DNA of 64,000 nt from Octopus vulgaris. Taxonomy: Eukaryota. The stretch spans positions 24,924,001 through 24,988,000 of the forward strand of contig OX597819.1 in assembly GCA_951406725.2 (NCBI GenBank), written 5' to 3'. How positions within the stretch are numbered: the stretch's first letter is position 1; each line of letters starts with the position of its first letter. Both the position numbers and the translations under genes were made by a program. Under the pieces are notes generated by a model that saw only the letters and a list, made by a program, of their open reading frames with translations, did not search any database and was not told the origin of the DNA. Below, one piece after another: positions 39,376-53,243 of the stretch.

Positions 39376-40097
39376 CCAAGGGTCCTGGCTGGTTCAATTA
39401 AAGATAAAAGATAAAATTAAACTATGGTATTATGATGTAATATTATCTTTAGATACATGGTCTGTTACTGATAATTCCCTTTATTGACAACAGAAGAAAA
39501 GTAAAGTGTAGTTAACCCTTGCAATATTTAGGTTTAAAGTTTTGACTAGCAAGACATCATATGACTAAGTGAAATTGCTAACCCTATTCAGTTCTCTTTT
39601 GTTGTCTACAACTTCCATAGGACATGCTGATGTACATGCCATATATTCTATTAATCATAGGAAGCTGCAAACTTGCAGAATTGTTAGCATGCTAGATAAG
39701 ATGTCTTATGGTATTTTTCCAGATCTGTGTTCTGAGTTCAAATTCCTCTGAGGTGAGCTTTGCTCATCACCCTTTCAGGATTGATAAAATAAGTACCAGT
39801 TGAGCACTGGGATTGATTGGTTCTCTCCCCTGAAATTTCAGACCTTGTGCCTGTTGTAGACAGGATTAATCATAGGGTTTGTGTGACATTGTTCCATTAT
39901 TTTTTTTCCCGTTTGCAAATTTATAATACCAGGGATTACTGATCTTCAAGAATTTTGTGGCCATGGAAGTTTATACTCTCATCTGTTCTTAAACGGCAAC
40001 ACTACAAAGAAGGTGTATTTAAGATTCTCAGTTGCAGTCTCTTGCTTGAAGAAGCTCAAGAAATACCAATATCAGTTGAATAAACGAGTACCATATT

Positions 40098-40428
40098 TGA
40101 AGGTGCATGGCTCAGGGTTTAGAGCATCGGGCTCGCAATCATGAGATAGTGTGTTCGATTCCTGTGCTGTGTTCTTGAACAAGACACTTCATTTCATGTT
40201 GCTCCAGTTCACTCAGCTGTCAAAATGAGTTGCAACATCACTAGTGCCAAGCTGTATCAGCCCCTTTGCCTTTCCCTTGGATAACACCGGTGATGTTGAA
40301 AGGGGAGGCTTGTATGCATGGGTAACTACTGGTCTTCTATAAATAACCTTGCCCGAATTTGTGCCTTGGAGGGTAACTTTCTAGGTGCAATCCCATGGCA
40401 ATTCATGACTGAAGGGGGTCCTTCTTCC
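40098..40428 (+). mobile_element. Family E-related tRNA SINE with a different 3' half
   Basis: TGGCTCAGGG A-box, GTTCGATTCC B-box, GTGTTCTTGAACAAGACACTTCATTTCATGTTGCTCCAG core; its tail recurs at 53021-53075. Confidence 0.75.
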
Positions 40429-42417
40429 TTCTATTTGACAAGAACTTCTGCTTATAGAGCCCAGAAAATAATGAAAGGCATAATTTATAGACCTTGGAAA
40501 GATGAAAGGTCATGTAAATGACATTGACAGGATTTGAACTGAAAACATGCAGGTTTAGAACTCAATATTGCAAGGCTTTTTGTCCACTGATCTAATGATT
40601 CTGCCAATCTACTATTTTTTGGTAGAACTGTATTACTTACAACAAATAAACATATAAATGAATAAATAAAATGTTTAAAAAGTAAAATAAAGATTACTAT
40701 TGAACAATACTTTTCTTAGGAATCAATAATCAATATAGCCAATAATAATAATTCTTGAGCTGAGAGAACCAAATAATAAAAAAGAAAAAAAAATGGCAAC
40801 TTTCATCCAAAATATCTGCTAATTTACTTCCTAAAATTTCTTTTGTAATTCTGTAGTGAACCAACAATCTATATTTGCAATGGTAATAACATTCTGCCAA
40901 TGTTTTATTTGGATTTTCAACAAATTCTTACATATTTCCTGCAGCTTCCCAAGAGTTATTATATTATAATGGGTATTATGTAATCCAATATATATTTAGG
41001 TCATCATCATATGAGTTTCCAAAATCCACCACAGCTGCCGCTGCCACTTCCACCGCCGCCGCCATCACCACCACCACTACCACCACCACAACAGCAACAA
41101 CTATCACTTCCATTGCGATTATGTTTCTATCATCATAATCATTCATTATTAAATTCTTTTGCATATTTCAACTGCTATTACCATCAGTTAGTTTCTCCTT
41201 ATCTTTATTATTGATGTTGTTATCTGAAGAATCGGTTGAGCATTGGGGAAAAGAAATGGCTTTGCTATATTTCTTCTCTCTCTCTCTCTTTACATTCTGA
41301 GTTCAAATCTTGATGATAGCAACACTACCTTTTATCCCTCTGGAGTCAATACAGTAAAGTATCAATCGAACAGGGTTGATGATTCTAACCCCCACCTACC
41401 TTTCACCTCAAAACTGTATGCCTTGTGCCTAAATTAGAAACAAACAATTACCGTTATTGATGGATTGGCAGAGTCATTAGAGCATATGACAAAATGCCTT
41501 TGTGATATTTAGTTATAACTCTTTACATTCTCAGTTCAAATTCCACCAAGGTCAGCTTTGCCTTTCTTTTCTCTGGTACTGGGGCTGATGCAATTGTCTA
41601 ATGGCCTCCTCTTGAAATTGATGACCTTGTGCCTAAATTAGTAAACATTATAAAAAGTTAATCAAAAGAGGAAAAGATGGAGGAAAGACTATGCCCATGA
41701 TTTCACTAAGTCATTCCATCAACATTTTGAGTAGTTGCATTTATAGTGTTTTTTTTCATTTATCCACATCATCATCACCCTGAGTACATAACCGTTGCTG
41801 CTACCAATGCATTATGTATTAACCGGAGGTTTCTGATGCCATATTTACTTTCCCACTAAATTTGAGGACCTGTGCCTTAGTGGTGGTGGCAGTGATGCAT
41901 CTTGGTGACTGTTACATTTTTATATTTAACTAAATAATGATTTCTAGAAAGAGACTTATAGAAGTGCAATGCTATCACCAATTCAAATATCTTTGTGGTA
42001 GATTCGAACTCATAAGCAAGCCATTTACTGTGCTTTGTCATGGAGGAAATTTCTCACTGTTGACAAATGGTGTCACTTATTGAAGTGACAAAGGAAGTAA
42101 TTTCAATAGAAAATTAAGATTGCATTTGTCTTTTGAAAAGTGTCATTTGAATAGAAGAACAATGATTTTGACAAGTAACTTTAAAAATCTTAATGAGTGG
42201 CTTATTAAAGTAATGAGAAACAATAGCCATGTGATAGTGGTGTGAACTACATAGTATATAAATAAATATGTGTATTCTTTTGCTATGATATATATGTGTA
42301 TGTGTGTAAATGTATATACATATAAACAGGAGATGCAGAAAGCTGCATTGAATGAAATATATGTGTGTGTACAATCATATTTAACATGTTCATGTACACT
42401 CAGATGTGGGATCAGTT

Positions 42418-42706
42418 ATTCTTCTGGAGTCACGCCTGGCTCATAAGGGCCGGTTTCCCGGTTTCCTTGGCGTATAGGTTCCCCACCTGGACAGGATGCC
42501 GGTCAGTCGTAGGTGAGCTGCAAGATGCAGGAGGAAAGAGTGAGAGAAAGTTGTGGTGAAAGAGTCAGCAGAAGTTTGCCATTACCTTCTGCTGGAGCTG
42601 CGTGGAGCTTGGGTGTTTCGCTCATAAACACACGCATCGCCTGGTCTGAGATTCGAACCCACGATCTCTTGACCGCTGCTCTAACCACTAAGCCATGTGC
42701 CTCCAC
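42418..42706 (-). mobile_element. tRNA-derived SINE (family E-like head)
   Basis: - strand GTGGAGGCACATGGCTTAGTGGTTAGAGC...GGGTTCGAATC. Confidence 0.8.
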
Positions 42707-42726
42707 TGTTAAATACGATAGTATAT

Positions 42727-42759
<33 letters not shown>

Positions 42760-43455
42760 TTAAATTATGACCTGCCCTAATGAAAATGATGTATGAGCAT
42801 CCAATTGTTCTCCCAATCGAACCACTTTCCACCAAATTAGAGTATATGTGGTTGAGTATCTCACAGACTTGCATGTCCTTAACAGAAACAATTCTTTATT
42901 AGAATCAAATACATTTAATTTAATGAGCTTCTAAACAAGTTTCATCTATCCAGTTTCATTAACAAGCCTTTGTCAATCTGAAGTTATTGGCAACAACATT
43001 TACTCAAAATGCTATATTGTTGTATTGAACCTGGATGTCTCATGGTTACAAAGTAAACTGAACCACCCAGTCATGCTCCACCCCCCACACACACACTTGT
43101 GTGTGTTGTATATGTGTGTATATTTATGTCTTTCTATTGTTTATATTAGCATTAGCACTTTGATTGGAATTTTTGTTTTTATCTATTACTTTAAAAGCTG
43201 CTCAGGTCTTTTCTCTGAGTGCCTCAAAGTTTTTATATAACCTTATAACACTAAATAAATTTGTCAGCAGTTTGCTAAGAAATCAAAGTAATTTTAGATA
43301 CCAACTCATTAATTTTAGTTATTTTTTTAAACATTGTCTATTATTTTGAGGGATTAACTTTTGATTATGTATTATTTTGTATATTTATGTGCTTATAGGT
43401 GTGAGTTAATGTATTTATATGCTATCTTGTATTTATATACATACATTCAAGTATA

Positions 43456-43509
<54 letters not shown>

Positions 43510-44499
43510 ATATATAATCCCTCTACTTATAATGAAGATGAGTTGCTCTTTTTCCTCTTGACATCATTTTCATCAATCTTAGAAAATAGACTATAGAATT
43601 AGAAGAAACTGACACTAATATCTAATCTAGTTATTCCTTCAGTTCAACATCATGTTTTAATTGTTCTTATCTTTTTTAATTAACTTGTTTTAGGCATTGA
43701 ATTGTGGCCATGCTTGGGGCACTGCCTCAAAAGGGTTTAGTTGAATAAATCAGACCCATAACTTGTGTTTTCTTTAAAATCTGGTACTTTTTCTATCAGT
43801 TCCTTTTACTGAAACATCTAAGTTACAAGGACATAAATAAACCAACATCCCTTGTTAAGTGGATGTGGTGGTGGTGGTGGGTAGCAACGAGAAAACCATG
43901 GACATGTACACACACAAACACACAAACATGCATATTTATAGTTTCCACACACCTTCTGTCTACCAAAATCACAAAGCATTGGTTGACTTGGGACTATAAC
44001 ACAAGACACTTGCCCAAGGTACTGCACAATGGGATTGAACCCAATCCACATAGAAGCAAAGCGAGCTTCTTGAACACAAAGCCATGCCTGCACATAACTT
44101 ATATTACTTTTGCTATTTAACTCCATGTCGGTTTTGACGTGATGGATCTGTTAGCAAAAGCATTCCAGCTATGACTATCCTATCATTTCATAAAAAAAGG
44201 GATTACGTTGTTCAATGTATTTTTCCATTTTGAAGATATCAAAATATGATTTGAGGGATATTTGGCTGCTGTTTTAAGAATATTTCATATGGTACTAGCA
44301 TTCTGCAATGTTTTGTTTGCATTTTCAACTGGTTCTAATGTATTTCCTGTAGCTTTTCAAGTGTTATTAATTATAAATATTATGAAATCTGCTTGTGTAT
44401 CTCTCTCCCACTATATATGTGTGTAATACATATATGCATGCATGCATACATACATACATACATACATACACACATACACACACAGATAAATACATGTAT

Positions 44500-45466
44500 C
44501 AAACTTTCAAAGAGGTCAAATTGTTGGTGCTTGTATGTCAGGCACTAGCATAACGAAAACAGCTGAAATGTTTTGTGTATCAAGAAGTACTGTCTCGAAA
44601 TAAATGACAGCCTAAAGAAGGAAAAACCTCCTCGTTGAAGAGGATCACAAAAATACAGCTCCCAAAATTACTGCAGAGCTTAATGACCACCTCAAGAACC
44701 AAGTTTCCACAAAAACTGTTCACCGGGAGCTGCACAAAGCCAGATTTCATGGGAGGGCTGCAATCAAGAAATCATTACTTTCACAAACAAACGTTGCAAA
44801 GCATTTATAGTGGAGTAAAAACCTACAGAATTGGTCCCTAGAGCAGTGGAAGCATTTTATTTTGTTGGATGAGTCTTCCTTTACCTCATTTGTGACCACC
44901 AGCCGAGTATGCATGTTGAGACATCCAAAAGAAGCATCTGACCCAGAGGAAGATCTGCGATGATTTGAAGGGCTGTATCTTGGAAATCCACCGGCCCAAT
45001 GGTTTCCCTTCATGGCAGAATTAATAATCAAGACTATTTAAGCATTTTATCTGATCAAATTCATCCTATGTTTGCGGAACTGATTCCAGAGAGAAACACA
45101 ATCTTTCAGGATGATTATGCACCAATTCACACAGTTTAAGTTGTTACTGAATGGCACAAGGAACATTCTAGTGAAGTTGAACATCTTATCTGGCCACCAC
45201 AGTGCCCAGATCTCAATATTATTGAACATTTATGGTGCATTTTAGAAAAACAAGTAAGGAGTGGATATCTTCCACCATCATCATTACAAAAACTGGAGAC
45301 TTTTTAGCTGAAGAATGGACAAAAATTCCTTTGGAAACAACTCAAACTTTGTATGAGTGCATTCCTCATACAATTCAAGCTGTAATTACTGCCAAAGGCG
45401 GTCCTACCCCTTATTAAAATAAATTTGTTTGAAATTGTAAGGTGTTTCCATTATTTTGTCCAACTC

Positions 45467-45469
<3 letters not shown>
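44500..45469 (+). mobile_element. Decayed Tc1 transposon, left TIR lost
   Basis: FQRGQIVG...VSRSTVSK, LDESSF, FQDDYAPIH, WPPQCPDLNIIEHLW, AKGGPTPY; right TIR GGTGTTTCCATTATTTTGTCCAACTCCTG followed by TA. Confidence 0.9.
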
Positions 45470-45504
<35 letters not shown>

Positions 45505-46185
45505 CTTACTTACCTATTTTATCTTCTATAACTATCATAATTTCATCACATGTTATCAAAGGAGCCTCATGCAGTTTCTAAACCTGCTAGAAACTGCAGC
45601 AAGATTTCTTCAAATCACAATCTACGTACTTTAGAAAAATGGAAAGACACATTAGGTAATGTGGTTCTACTTATGTTAATAGGATGGGATAGTCATGGCT
45701 GGTCTGCCATTCATTTTATATATATCAGCTCAATAAATGCTGTCTGAACATAGCTACCATCTGCACCACCACCACCACCACCACCATCTTTCATTTTATT
45801 GATGTTGTCTTAGGTTGTGTAGTGTGTCAATTGCTCAGAATTCTTTGATTAAATTATTTAATGAATATTTTTCTATAATTAGTGATGAGAAGTTTTACAA
45901 ATTAATTAAATAAATTTAAACTCTACCTTTCCATTTCTTCAATTAGTCTCATTTTGGAACTTGATTTTGAATTTTAATCATTCATTTTTTCTTTTCTTTT
46001 TTATTTGTTCCATTATCTTGCTTCATTTCACTTGTCTTTTCACTCAATCATTTATACACTAGCAAGCACATACCATACATACATATGTATACACACATTT
46101 ATTCATATACCCAGACAACAACATATGCACTCTCTGTCTCTCTCTCGCATATACATACACTCATGTAATTGCTTGTTTTATCACA

Positions 46186-46565
46186 CTGGCTGTGTGGTAA
46201 GAAGCTTGCTTCTTCACCACATGGTTCTGGGTTCAGTCCCACTGCGTGGCACCTATGGCATGTGTCTTTTACTGTAGCTTCTACCCAACCAAAGCCTTGT
46301 GAGTGGATTTGGTAGACGGAATCTGAAAGAAGCCCATCATATATATATATGTGTGTGTATCTGTCTCCCTCTCCACTGCTTGATAACTGGTTTGTGTATG
46401 TCCCTGTAACTTAGCAGTTCAGCAAAAGAGAGTGATAGTAGAAGTGTCAGGCTTAAAGAAAAAACAAAAATAAGTACTAGGGTTGATTCATTCAACTAAA
46501 AATTCTTCAAGACGGTGCCCCAGCATGGCCACAGTCTAGTGACTGAAACAAGTAAAAGATAAAAG
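46186..46565 (+). mobile_element. SINE family A, older variant
   Basis: TGGCTGTGTGGTAAG head through GACTGAAACAAGTAAAAGA tail. Confidence 0.85.
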
Positions 46566-46807
46566 GTATTCACACACACAAATACACACTTGCTTGAGTA
46601 CACACACATATGCATGCACACACACATGCATGCACATAACCACTCTTACACAATCCCTCACACACAAAGAAGTGCACATTTGAACATGCACTCCTACAGA
46701 CACACTAGAGTGCACACTAACACTTGTGGATATACCCATATACATACTCTTTAAGTAAAAGATGTTGCACATTTGCTATCCACTAGCACACTCACCTGCA
46801 TGCACAG

Positions 46808-46842
<35 letters not shown>

Positions 46843-46912
46843 GTGTTTGTGTAAGTATTTCTAAAATATTTGTATTTGTATTTGTATGTATGTATGTATG
46901 TATGTATGTATG

Positions 46913-46955
<43 letters not shown>

Positions 46956-46962
<7 letters not shown>

Positions 46963-47168
46963 CCTCGTCTGTGTCACTAACGATTTTTTTTCCCCCTGTC
47001 TTCTCTTCTCGGGATCTTTCCTTCTCCTATGTTTCCGACGAAGAGCTCCGCTCGAAACGTCAAACCCTCCTTCTTCCCTTCTTTCCTGAGCGTCCAATAA
47101 TACTTTTTGTTCCACGTCCGTGCGTTGTTGTTTTTTTGTTTTTGTTTTCTTGTTTGGATTAACTTTAT
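46956..47168 (+). mobile_element. Family H hammerhead repeat, most complete copy
   Basis: Between (TG)n and (TATG)n; homologous to 546-744. Confidence 0.8.
47031..47065 (+). ncRNA. Minimal hammerhead ribozyme motif (U4C core variant)
   Basis: Stem I GTTT/AAAC; core CCGACGA plus extra A; stem II GAGC/GCTC; GAAA-CG-TC; GUC cleavage triplet ending at 47061. Confidence 0.65.
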
Positions 47169-47771
47169 GTATGTATGTATGTATGTATGTATGTTTTAAA
47201 GAATATATATATATTTATGTGTGTATGCAGACATAGATGTGTATAGTATATATGTGAAATGTATGTACAAATATATCTCTGTAGTATGTATGTAATATAC
47301 AGACAGTCACCTAGAGGGGAGTGTGAAGATGAATTAAGACCCACTCCCTACATCACTCCCACACACACCACTCTCTCTCTCATCTGTCACCTCTGACATT
47401 AGACATATCACCTTTACTGTTGATCACTGACTCAGCTAAATTACTGTGTGACATAAACCAGAGGTTCATCTCTACTTTCCTTCCTTTTAATCTGTATTGA
47501 TGACATTTCTAAATTCTAGTCTTTCTTGCTTCTCTTTATCCTTAGCTTTCTGTCTTTCTTCCTTTCTAATTAACTATTTAGTACATCACCCTTTCTCTCT
47601 CTCTCTCTCTCTCTTTCACTATTCCACTTTGTCTATTGTTCTTCCTGCCCCCCCTCCCCCCTGCTATCCATCTCTGCTTCAAGCCCTTTATTTTCTTTCT
47701 CCTTAAATCTTTTCCCCTCACTGAATGATTTCTCCACTTTCTTGTCTATCTCTTTTTCACACCCAACCCTC

Positions 47772-47805
<34 letters not shown>

Positions 47806-47949
47806 TATGCTCCTCTTTCTTGTTTTCTTTTTCTCCCCTCTCCTTTTCTATCTTTTACATACTCACCCTTTCTCTCATGCTTTCTTTTATAAGTCTCTTT
47901 CACTTCCCCCTTCTCTCTCTCTCCCCTCTTATTTTCTTTACTTTTTTTC

Positions 47950-48190
47950 TCTTTTACTCTTTTACTTGTTTCAGTCATTTGACTGCGGCCATGCTGGAGC
48001 ACCGCCTTTAATCGAGCAACTCGACCCCGGGACTTATTCTTTTGTACTTATTTTATCGGTCTCTTTTGCCGAACCGCTAAGTAACGGGGACATAAACACA
48101 CCAGCATCGGTTGTCAAGCAATGCTAGGGGGACAAATACAGACACACAAACACACACACGCATATATATATATATATACATATATACGAC
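47950..48190 (-). mobile_element. SINE family A, 3' half
   Basis: Tail and body match the 27417 copy; head missing. Confidence 0.88.
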
Positions 48191-49224
48191 TATTTTCTTA
48201 GTATTTTTCCCTCTCTCCCTTTCTGTCTCTGTTAGTGACGTTCTTACTTCATATGAAACAGCCAATACAATGTTTGTGCATGCATGCATGTATATGTGTG
48301 TGTGTGCATGCGTGTATGTACTCAAGCAAGTGTGTATTTGTGTGTGTGAATATCTTTTATCTTTTACTTGTTTCAGTCAGTAGACTGTGGCCATGCTGGG
48401 GCACCATCTTAAAGAATGTTTCGTTGAATGAATCAAACCTCAGTATTTATTGGCTCAACTTTTATTAAACCACATGCTACCCACCTTATAAAAAGACATT
48501 ATAATTTTTGTCCAGAGTACACTATTTCTGGAGAATATTGTATATTCCTCCAGTATATTCATGGGTGAAATGACCTTTTCTTCAAATATCTGTCTGTTCT
48601 AGCTCAGTTGATCTGGATTTAGATGGTAATAACAACCACAACTTAACACACACACACACACACACACATTTACTCACACTGAGATTGATTCAGTGGGAAA
48701 TATACCTTCAGCAATAAGATTAGATTTCACCTAAACAAAGCAGATTTGTAAGAAGTGCTTATGAAATTACTGTTGATTCTTCAATATTAAGGAAATCTTT
48801 CGAATGCAACCAGGCTCAAAATAGCCCACTATTAACTGACCCTGAGAAGAGAATGGATATTTATTTATAAATTTTAGGTCATTAAAGCAGCTAGTATGGA
48901 AGGCGGATGTTAAAATATAATGATGATGATGATTATGTGTGTGTGTGTGTATATATATATGAAGTAATAAATAATAAAGGTGCCATATCTAGATATGCAG
49001 TTTTCTGTGGCGAAAACAATCATTATTTCTGTAACCTATTTGGTCTTGATGATAATGATGACGATGTTGTTGGTGATGGTGATGGAAAGTGTAGAGAAAG
49101 CAAGGAAGATTTAAATCAAAGCACATTTTCATTGTAGTAGAAAATTAATTGCTACTACACACACAAACATGCACACACATACACACTTGTGTGTGTTTAT
49201 ATACATGTATGTACATATGCATTA

Positions 49225-49620
49225 GGGTGACCTGCTGTGCTTGAGGAGACCTATTGAGTCAAGTAATTCAACATCAAAATAGATATCAAATGGAAATTGC
49301 AGTTGTGATACCTGTGCCGGTGGCATGTAAAAAGCACCATCTGAACATGGCCGATGCCAGTGCCGCCTTGACTGGCTTCTGTGCCGGTGGCACGTGAAAA
49401 TCTCCAACCAATCGTGGCCGCTGCCAGCCTCTTCTGGCATGTAAAAAGCACCGACTACACTCACAGAGTGGTTGGCGTTAGGAAGGGCATCCAGCTGTAG
49501 AAACACTGCCAGATCAGACTGGAGCCTGTTGCAGCCTCCTGGCTTCCCAGACCCCAGTCGAACCGTCCAATTCGTGCTAGCATGGAAAACAGATGTTAAA
49601 TGATGATGATGATGATGATG
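49225..49620 (+). mobile_element. RTE LINE 3' end (family C)
   Basis: GGTTGGCGTTAGGAAGGGCATCCAGC...GTTAAA(TGA)n. Confidence 0.88.
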
Positions 49621-49692
49621 TGTGTATATATATTCATGTATATGTATATATGTTATGTATGTGTGTGTATGTATGCATATATGTTACATATA

Positions 49693-49745
<53 letters not shown>

Positions 49746-49796
49746 GTGTGTTTGTGTGTCTATATATATATATATGTGTGTGTGTGTGTATGTATG

Positions 49797-49866
<70 letters not shown>

Positions 49867-50295
49867 ATGTATTTATGTGTATACTTTCTAAAACATGATA
49901 GGTGAATGTCTTGACATCTATGCCTTAACATTGACTGGTAACTAAATATCTCTTTTGAGATGTTGTGGATGAGCATATGTTGTTTATATTTATGCCTGTG
50001 TGTTGCTAATGAAATCTGGGTTACTAAATTATCATACTCATTGTCTTACAGTCATCACACAGACATTGACATATTTATTATGATGAAACAGTTGGCAATG
50101 ACACAGTTATCTAATTGGTATAATTATTGCACATGACTCCCCATTACAGTAGCACATATATCAGGTGGCACAGTTATCATACTGACACAATCAGTAGCAG
50201 CATAATTATTTCTATGAACTCTTATCAGTTTGATTGTGGTAACAGATACTAGAATAGATGTTGAAACTGTAGTCTTGAGAGTTACAACACTTGAT

Positions 50296-50521
50296 ATTTA
50301 TTTTATTTTATTTTATCTAGTTTCAGCTCACAAGCTGTGGCCATGCTGGGGCACCGCCATTTGGTGTTGCTACATGATTTTACTTCACGAATGCTTTTTA
50401 GCAACTGCCATTTGGTGCATGAGAGAGTTCGATGCAGCTGCCCTCATCTGCACCTCCTGCCAGGAAGAGATCCAGTCCTACTTTAAAGACATCCGCATCC
50501 ACCCCATGCAGGTCCCATAGT
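50296..50521 (-). mobile_element. 3' end of CR1-like LINE
   Basis: - strand peptide pieces DLHGVDADVFKVGLDLFLA and RAAASNSLMHQ resemble the FK..LD.FL / RAA.SNSL ORF2 C-terminus. Tail GGCGGTGCCCCAGCATGGCCACAGC..GCTGAAACTAG(ATAAA)n. Confidence 0.7.
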
Positions 50522-50928
50522 TTATGTTAGTTGTGGAGATGGATTGTATGTGCTGATCAAAATATTTTGAGTTCAAATTACACTCCATTTGTACCAAATC
50601 CATCCATTCATTCATTCATCCATCCATCCATTTTCTCCACCTGTTATTCCTAGAAGAGTCAAAGGATAGAGTCCTAAGGCACCTCTGTATTGTTCTGTCA
50701 GTAGCAACCATTGTGAAACTTTCCAGCTAGATTCCCAAGCATGACAAACTGTGACTTTTGATATCATCGAACCGAACCATCGCCTACCTTCTGAGGTACA
50801 ACATTTATTATTCAACCATCTTCTGAGGCTACTTGATGTGTTTAGGTCTGGACTTGCATTCTTCTGTGTTAAAATGGCTTTGTTGCTGCTGATGTTGATG
50901 ATGACATTTTAGTATCATTAGTATCATA

Positions 50929-51233
50929 CAGGCGCAGGGGTGGCTGTGTGGTAAGTAGCTTGCTAACCAACCACATGGTTGCGGGTTCAGTCCCACTGCG
51001 TGGCATCTTGGGCAAGTGTCTTCTGCTATAGCCCCGGGCCGACCAATGCCTTGTGAGTGGATTTGGTAAACGGAAACTGAAAGAAGCCTGTCGTATATAT
51101 GTATATGTGTGTGTGTTTGTCCCCCTAGCATTGCTTGCAACCGATGCTGGTGTGTTTACGTCCCCGTCACTTAGCGGTTCGGCAAAAAGAGACCAATAGA
51201 ATAAGTACTAAAAGGCGGTGTTCCAGCATGGCC
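50929..51233 (+). mobile_element. SINE family A with internal deletion
   Basis: CAGGCGCAGGGGTGGCTGTGTGG head; body matches the other copies. Confidence 0.88.
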
Positions 51234-51480
51234 GAGATACTAAACTCTCACACACGTTCATACTCATTCGTACATCATTCATTTGTTCATACTCACCAGT
51301 ACACTCTTACTGATGCTCATTAGCTTATAATCAACTTAACTCACTCCTCTTACAATCTGACACACTCACTCCGCCACACTGTCACATTTGTTTTCTCACA
51401 TCCTCCTCTTCCTCTTACAACTCAATGAGCTGAGGACGGAGTCTGTTTGGTCACTCACTCTCCTAGACATAACAGCAAAA

Positions 51481-51783
51481 TCATCATCATCATCATCATC
51501 GTTTAACGTCTGTTTTCCGTGCTAGCACGGGTTGGACGGTTCGACCGGGGTCTGGGAAGCCAGGGGCTGCACCAGGCTCCAGTCTGATCTGGCAGAGTTT
51601 CTACAGCTGGATGCCCTTCCTAATGCTAACCACTCCGCGAGTGTAGTGGGTGCTTTTTACGTGCCACCTGCACAGGTGCCAGGGGGGGTCCGGCATCGGC
51701 CACAATCGGTTGGAGCTTTTAACGTGCCACCGGCACGGAAGCCAGCCAAGGCGGCGCTGGCAACGGCCACGTTCAGATGGTGC
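51481..51783 (-). mobile_element. RTE LINE 3' end (family C)
   Basis: Same motifs as the other copies. Confidence 0.88.
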
Positions 51784-53078
51784 ATTATATCTCCCTTAAA
51801 TTATCTTAAAATATCTTGGATAATGTAATCCTAGATACAATATCTGTAAATAAGTTGGGATGGTCATGTCTTGATTGATATGAATGCTTTTGATTATAGA
51901 TCAGGTGGGTCATGCTGTACATGTTGAACAGTAACAACAGCTTTAAGCTCCTCTCACAAGCACTTACTTGGAACCCCTAATTCATACTTGCTTATCTATT
52001 GTCCCCAACTATAAGAATAAAAGAAAAGAAAGGAAAAAATAGACCCATAACAACCACCAACTTTTCGACTATAACCAAAATAATTTTAGCAACAACAACA
52101 AAAACAATAACAAGCAACAACTTCTACAACCTGATAAGTCAAGTTTATTGTTAGGTCTTGTTTCAGCTACATTGAAAAAGACAATGAACAATGATGAGAA
52201 TTAGAAGGGAATTCTGAGATCTTAAAATGTTTAAATTCCTGAAATACTGCTGTCTCCAGAATTTTCCCACTGTCTATTGAGCAGGTATATAATAACTTCT
52301 ATCAAGTCTACCATATATAAGACTTGACCTGTATCTACTTACATTGAAATACTTCCTGCCCATGTCTGCCCAAAGACAAATGAGGCTTTCTTCTTTGTGA
52401 CATGTCACCTCTGTTATGGTCTTTATTGTATTCGGACACCTTGTTACTGTTGTTGCTATTGTATTTTCTTAATTTTTTTTTTTTTGTTAGTTTTGGTGGT
52501 GGTGGAAACTGGTATAAATGTTTTTGAAGAGAATTATGGTAAAGATTTCCCACTCCCTTTTGCTAGCAAGGGAGTTTGTTAAAGGCTTTTTGCAATGGGT
52601 TTTATTTGAAAGAGGAAAGGCAGATAATTTTTTTTCCTTTCTAAGTGGATATTCACAGATACACACAGAAAAAAAGAGATTGATGAGGAAGAACAAAAGT
52701 TTGTTTTATCTACCTTTAGATTTTGTAGTAGTCTAGTTCCAGGTAAACCTAATCATGAAGAATTATGTTGGAAGGTATTCCAATCTGGCTAGTCTTTCTT
52801 TTCATAGACTGTACATTTAGGGCTACATTATTCTAAGTTTTAGGGTATGGTTTGAGGGAGATGTGGCAGCTATTTCTTACAGAATGAGTCTTTCTTTGAT
52901 TCAAAGATATAGTTTATTTTTGTTTAAAGTAATGAAGTATGTAAGTACTCTGGACAAAAATTATAATGTCTTTTTATAAGCGGGGTAGCATGTGGTTTAA
53001 TAAAAGTTGAGCCAATAAGTACTTTCTAGGTGCAATCCCATGGTCATTCATGACTGAAGAGGGCCTTTACCCTTTTAG

Positions 53079-53243
53079 ATGTGTGTGTGTGTGTGTGTAT
53101 GCGCTTACATTTGTGTTGTGTGTGTATGTGTGCTTACGTTTGTATTGTGTGTGTGTGCTTACGTTTGTGTGTGTGTGTGTGCTTACGTTTGTATTTGTGA
53201 GTGTGTGTGTGTGTGTGTTTGCTTACGTTTGTGTTGTGTGAGT
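53079..53243. repeat. Minisatellite: five GCTTAC(G/A)TTTGT units spaced by (TG)n
   Basis: Direct inspection. Confidence 0.85.

Noticed and set aside
53079-53243. CRISPR-like repeat-spacer pattern
   Set aside because: Spacers are TG microsatellite, units are too short, eukaryotic context, no cas genes
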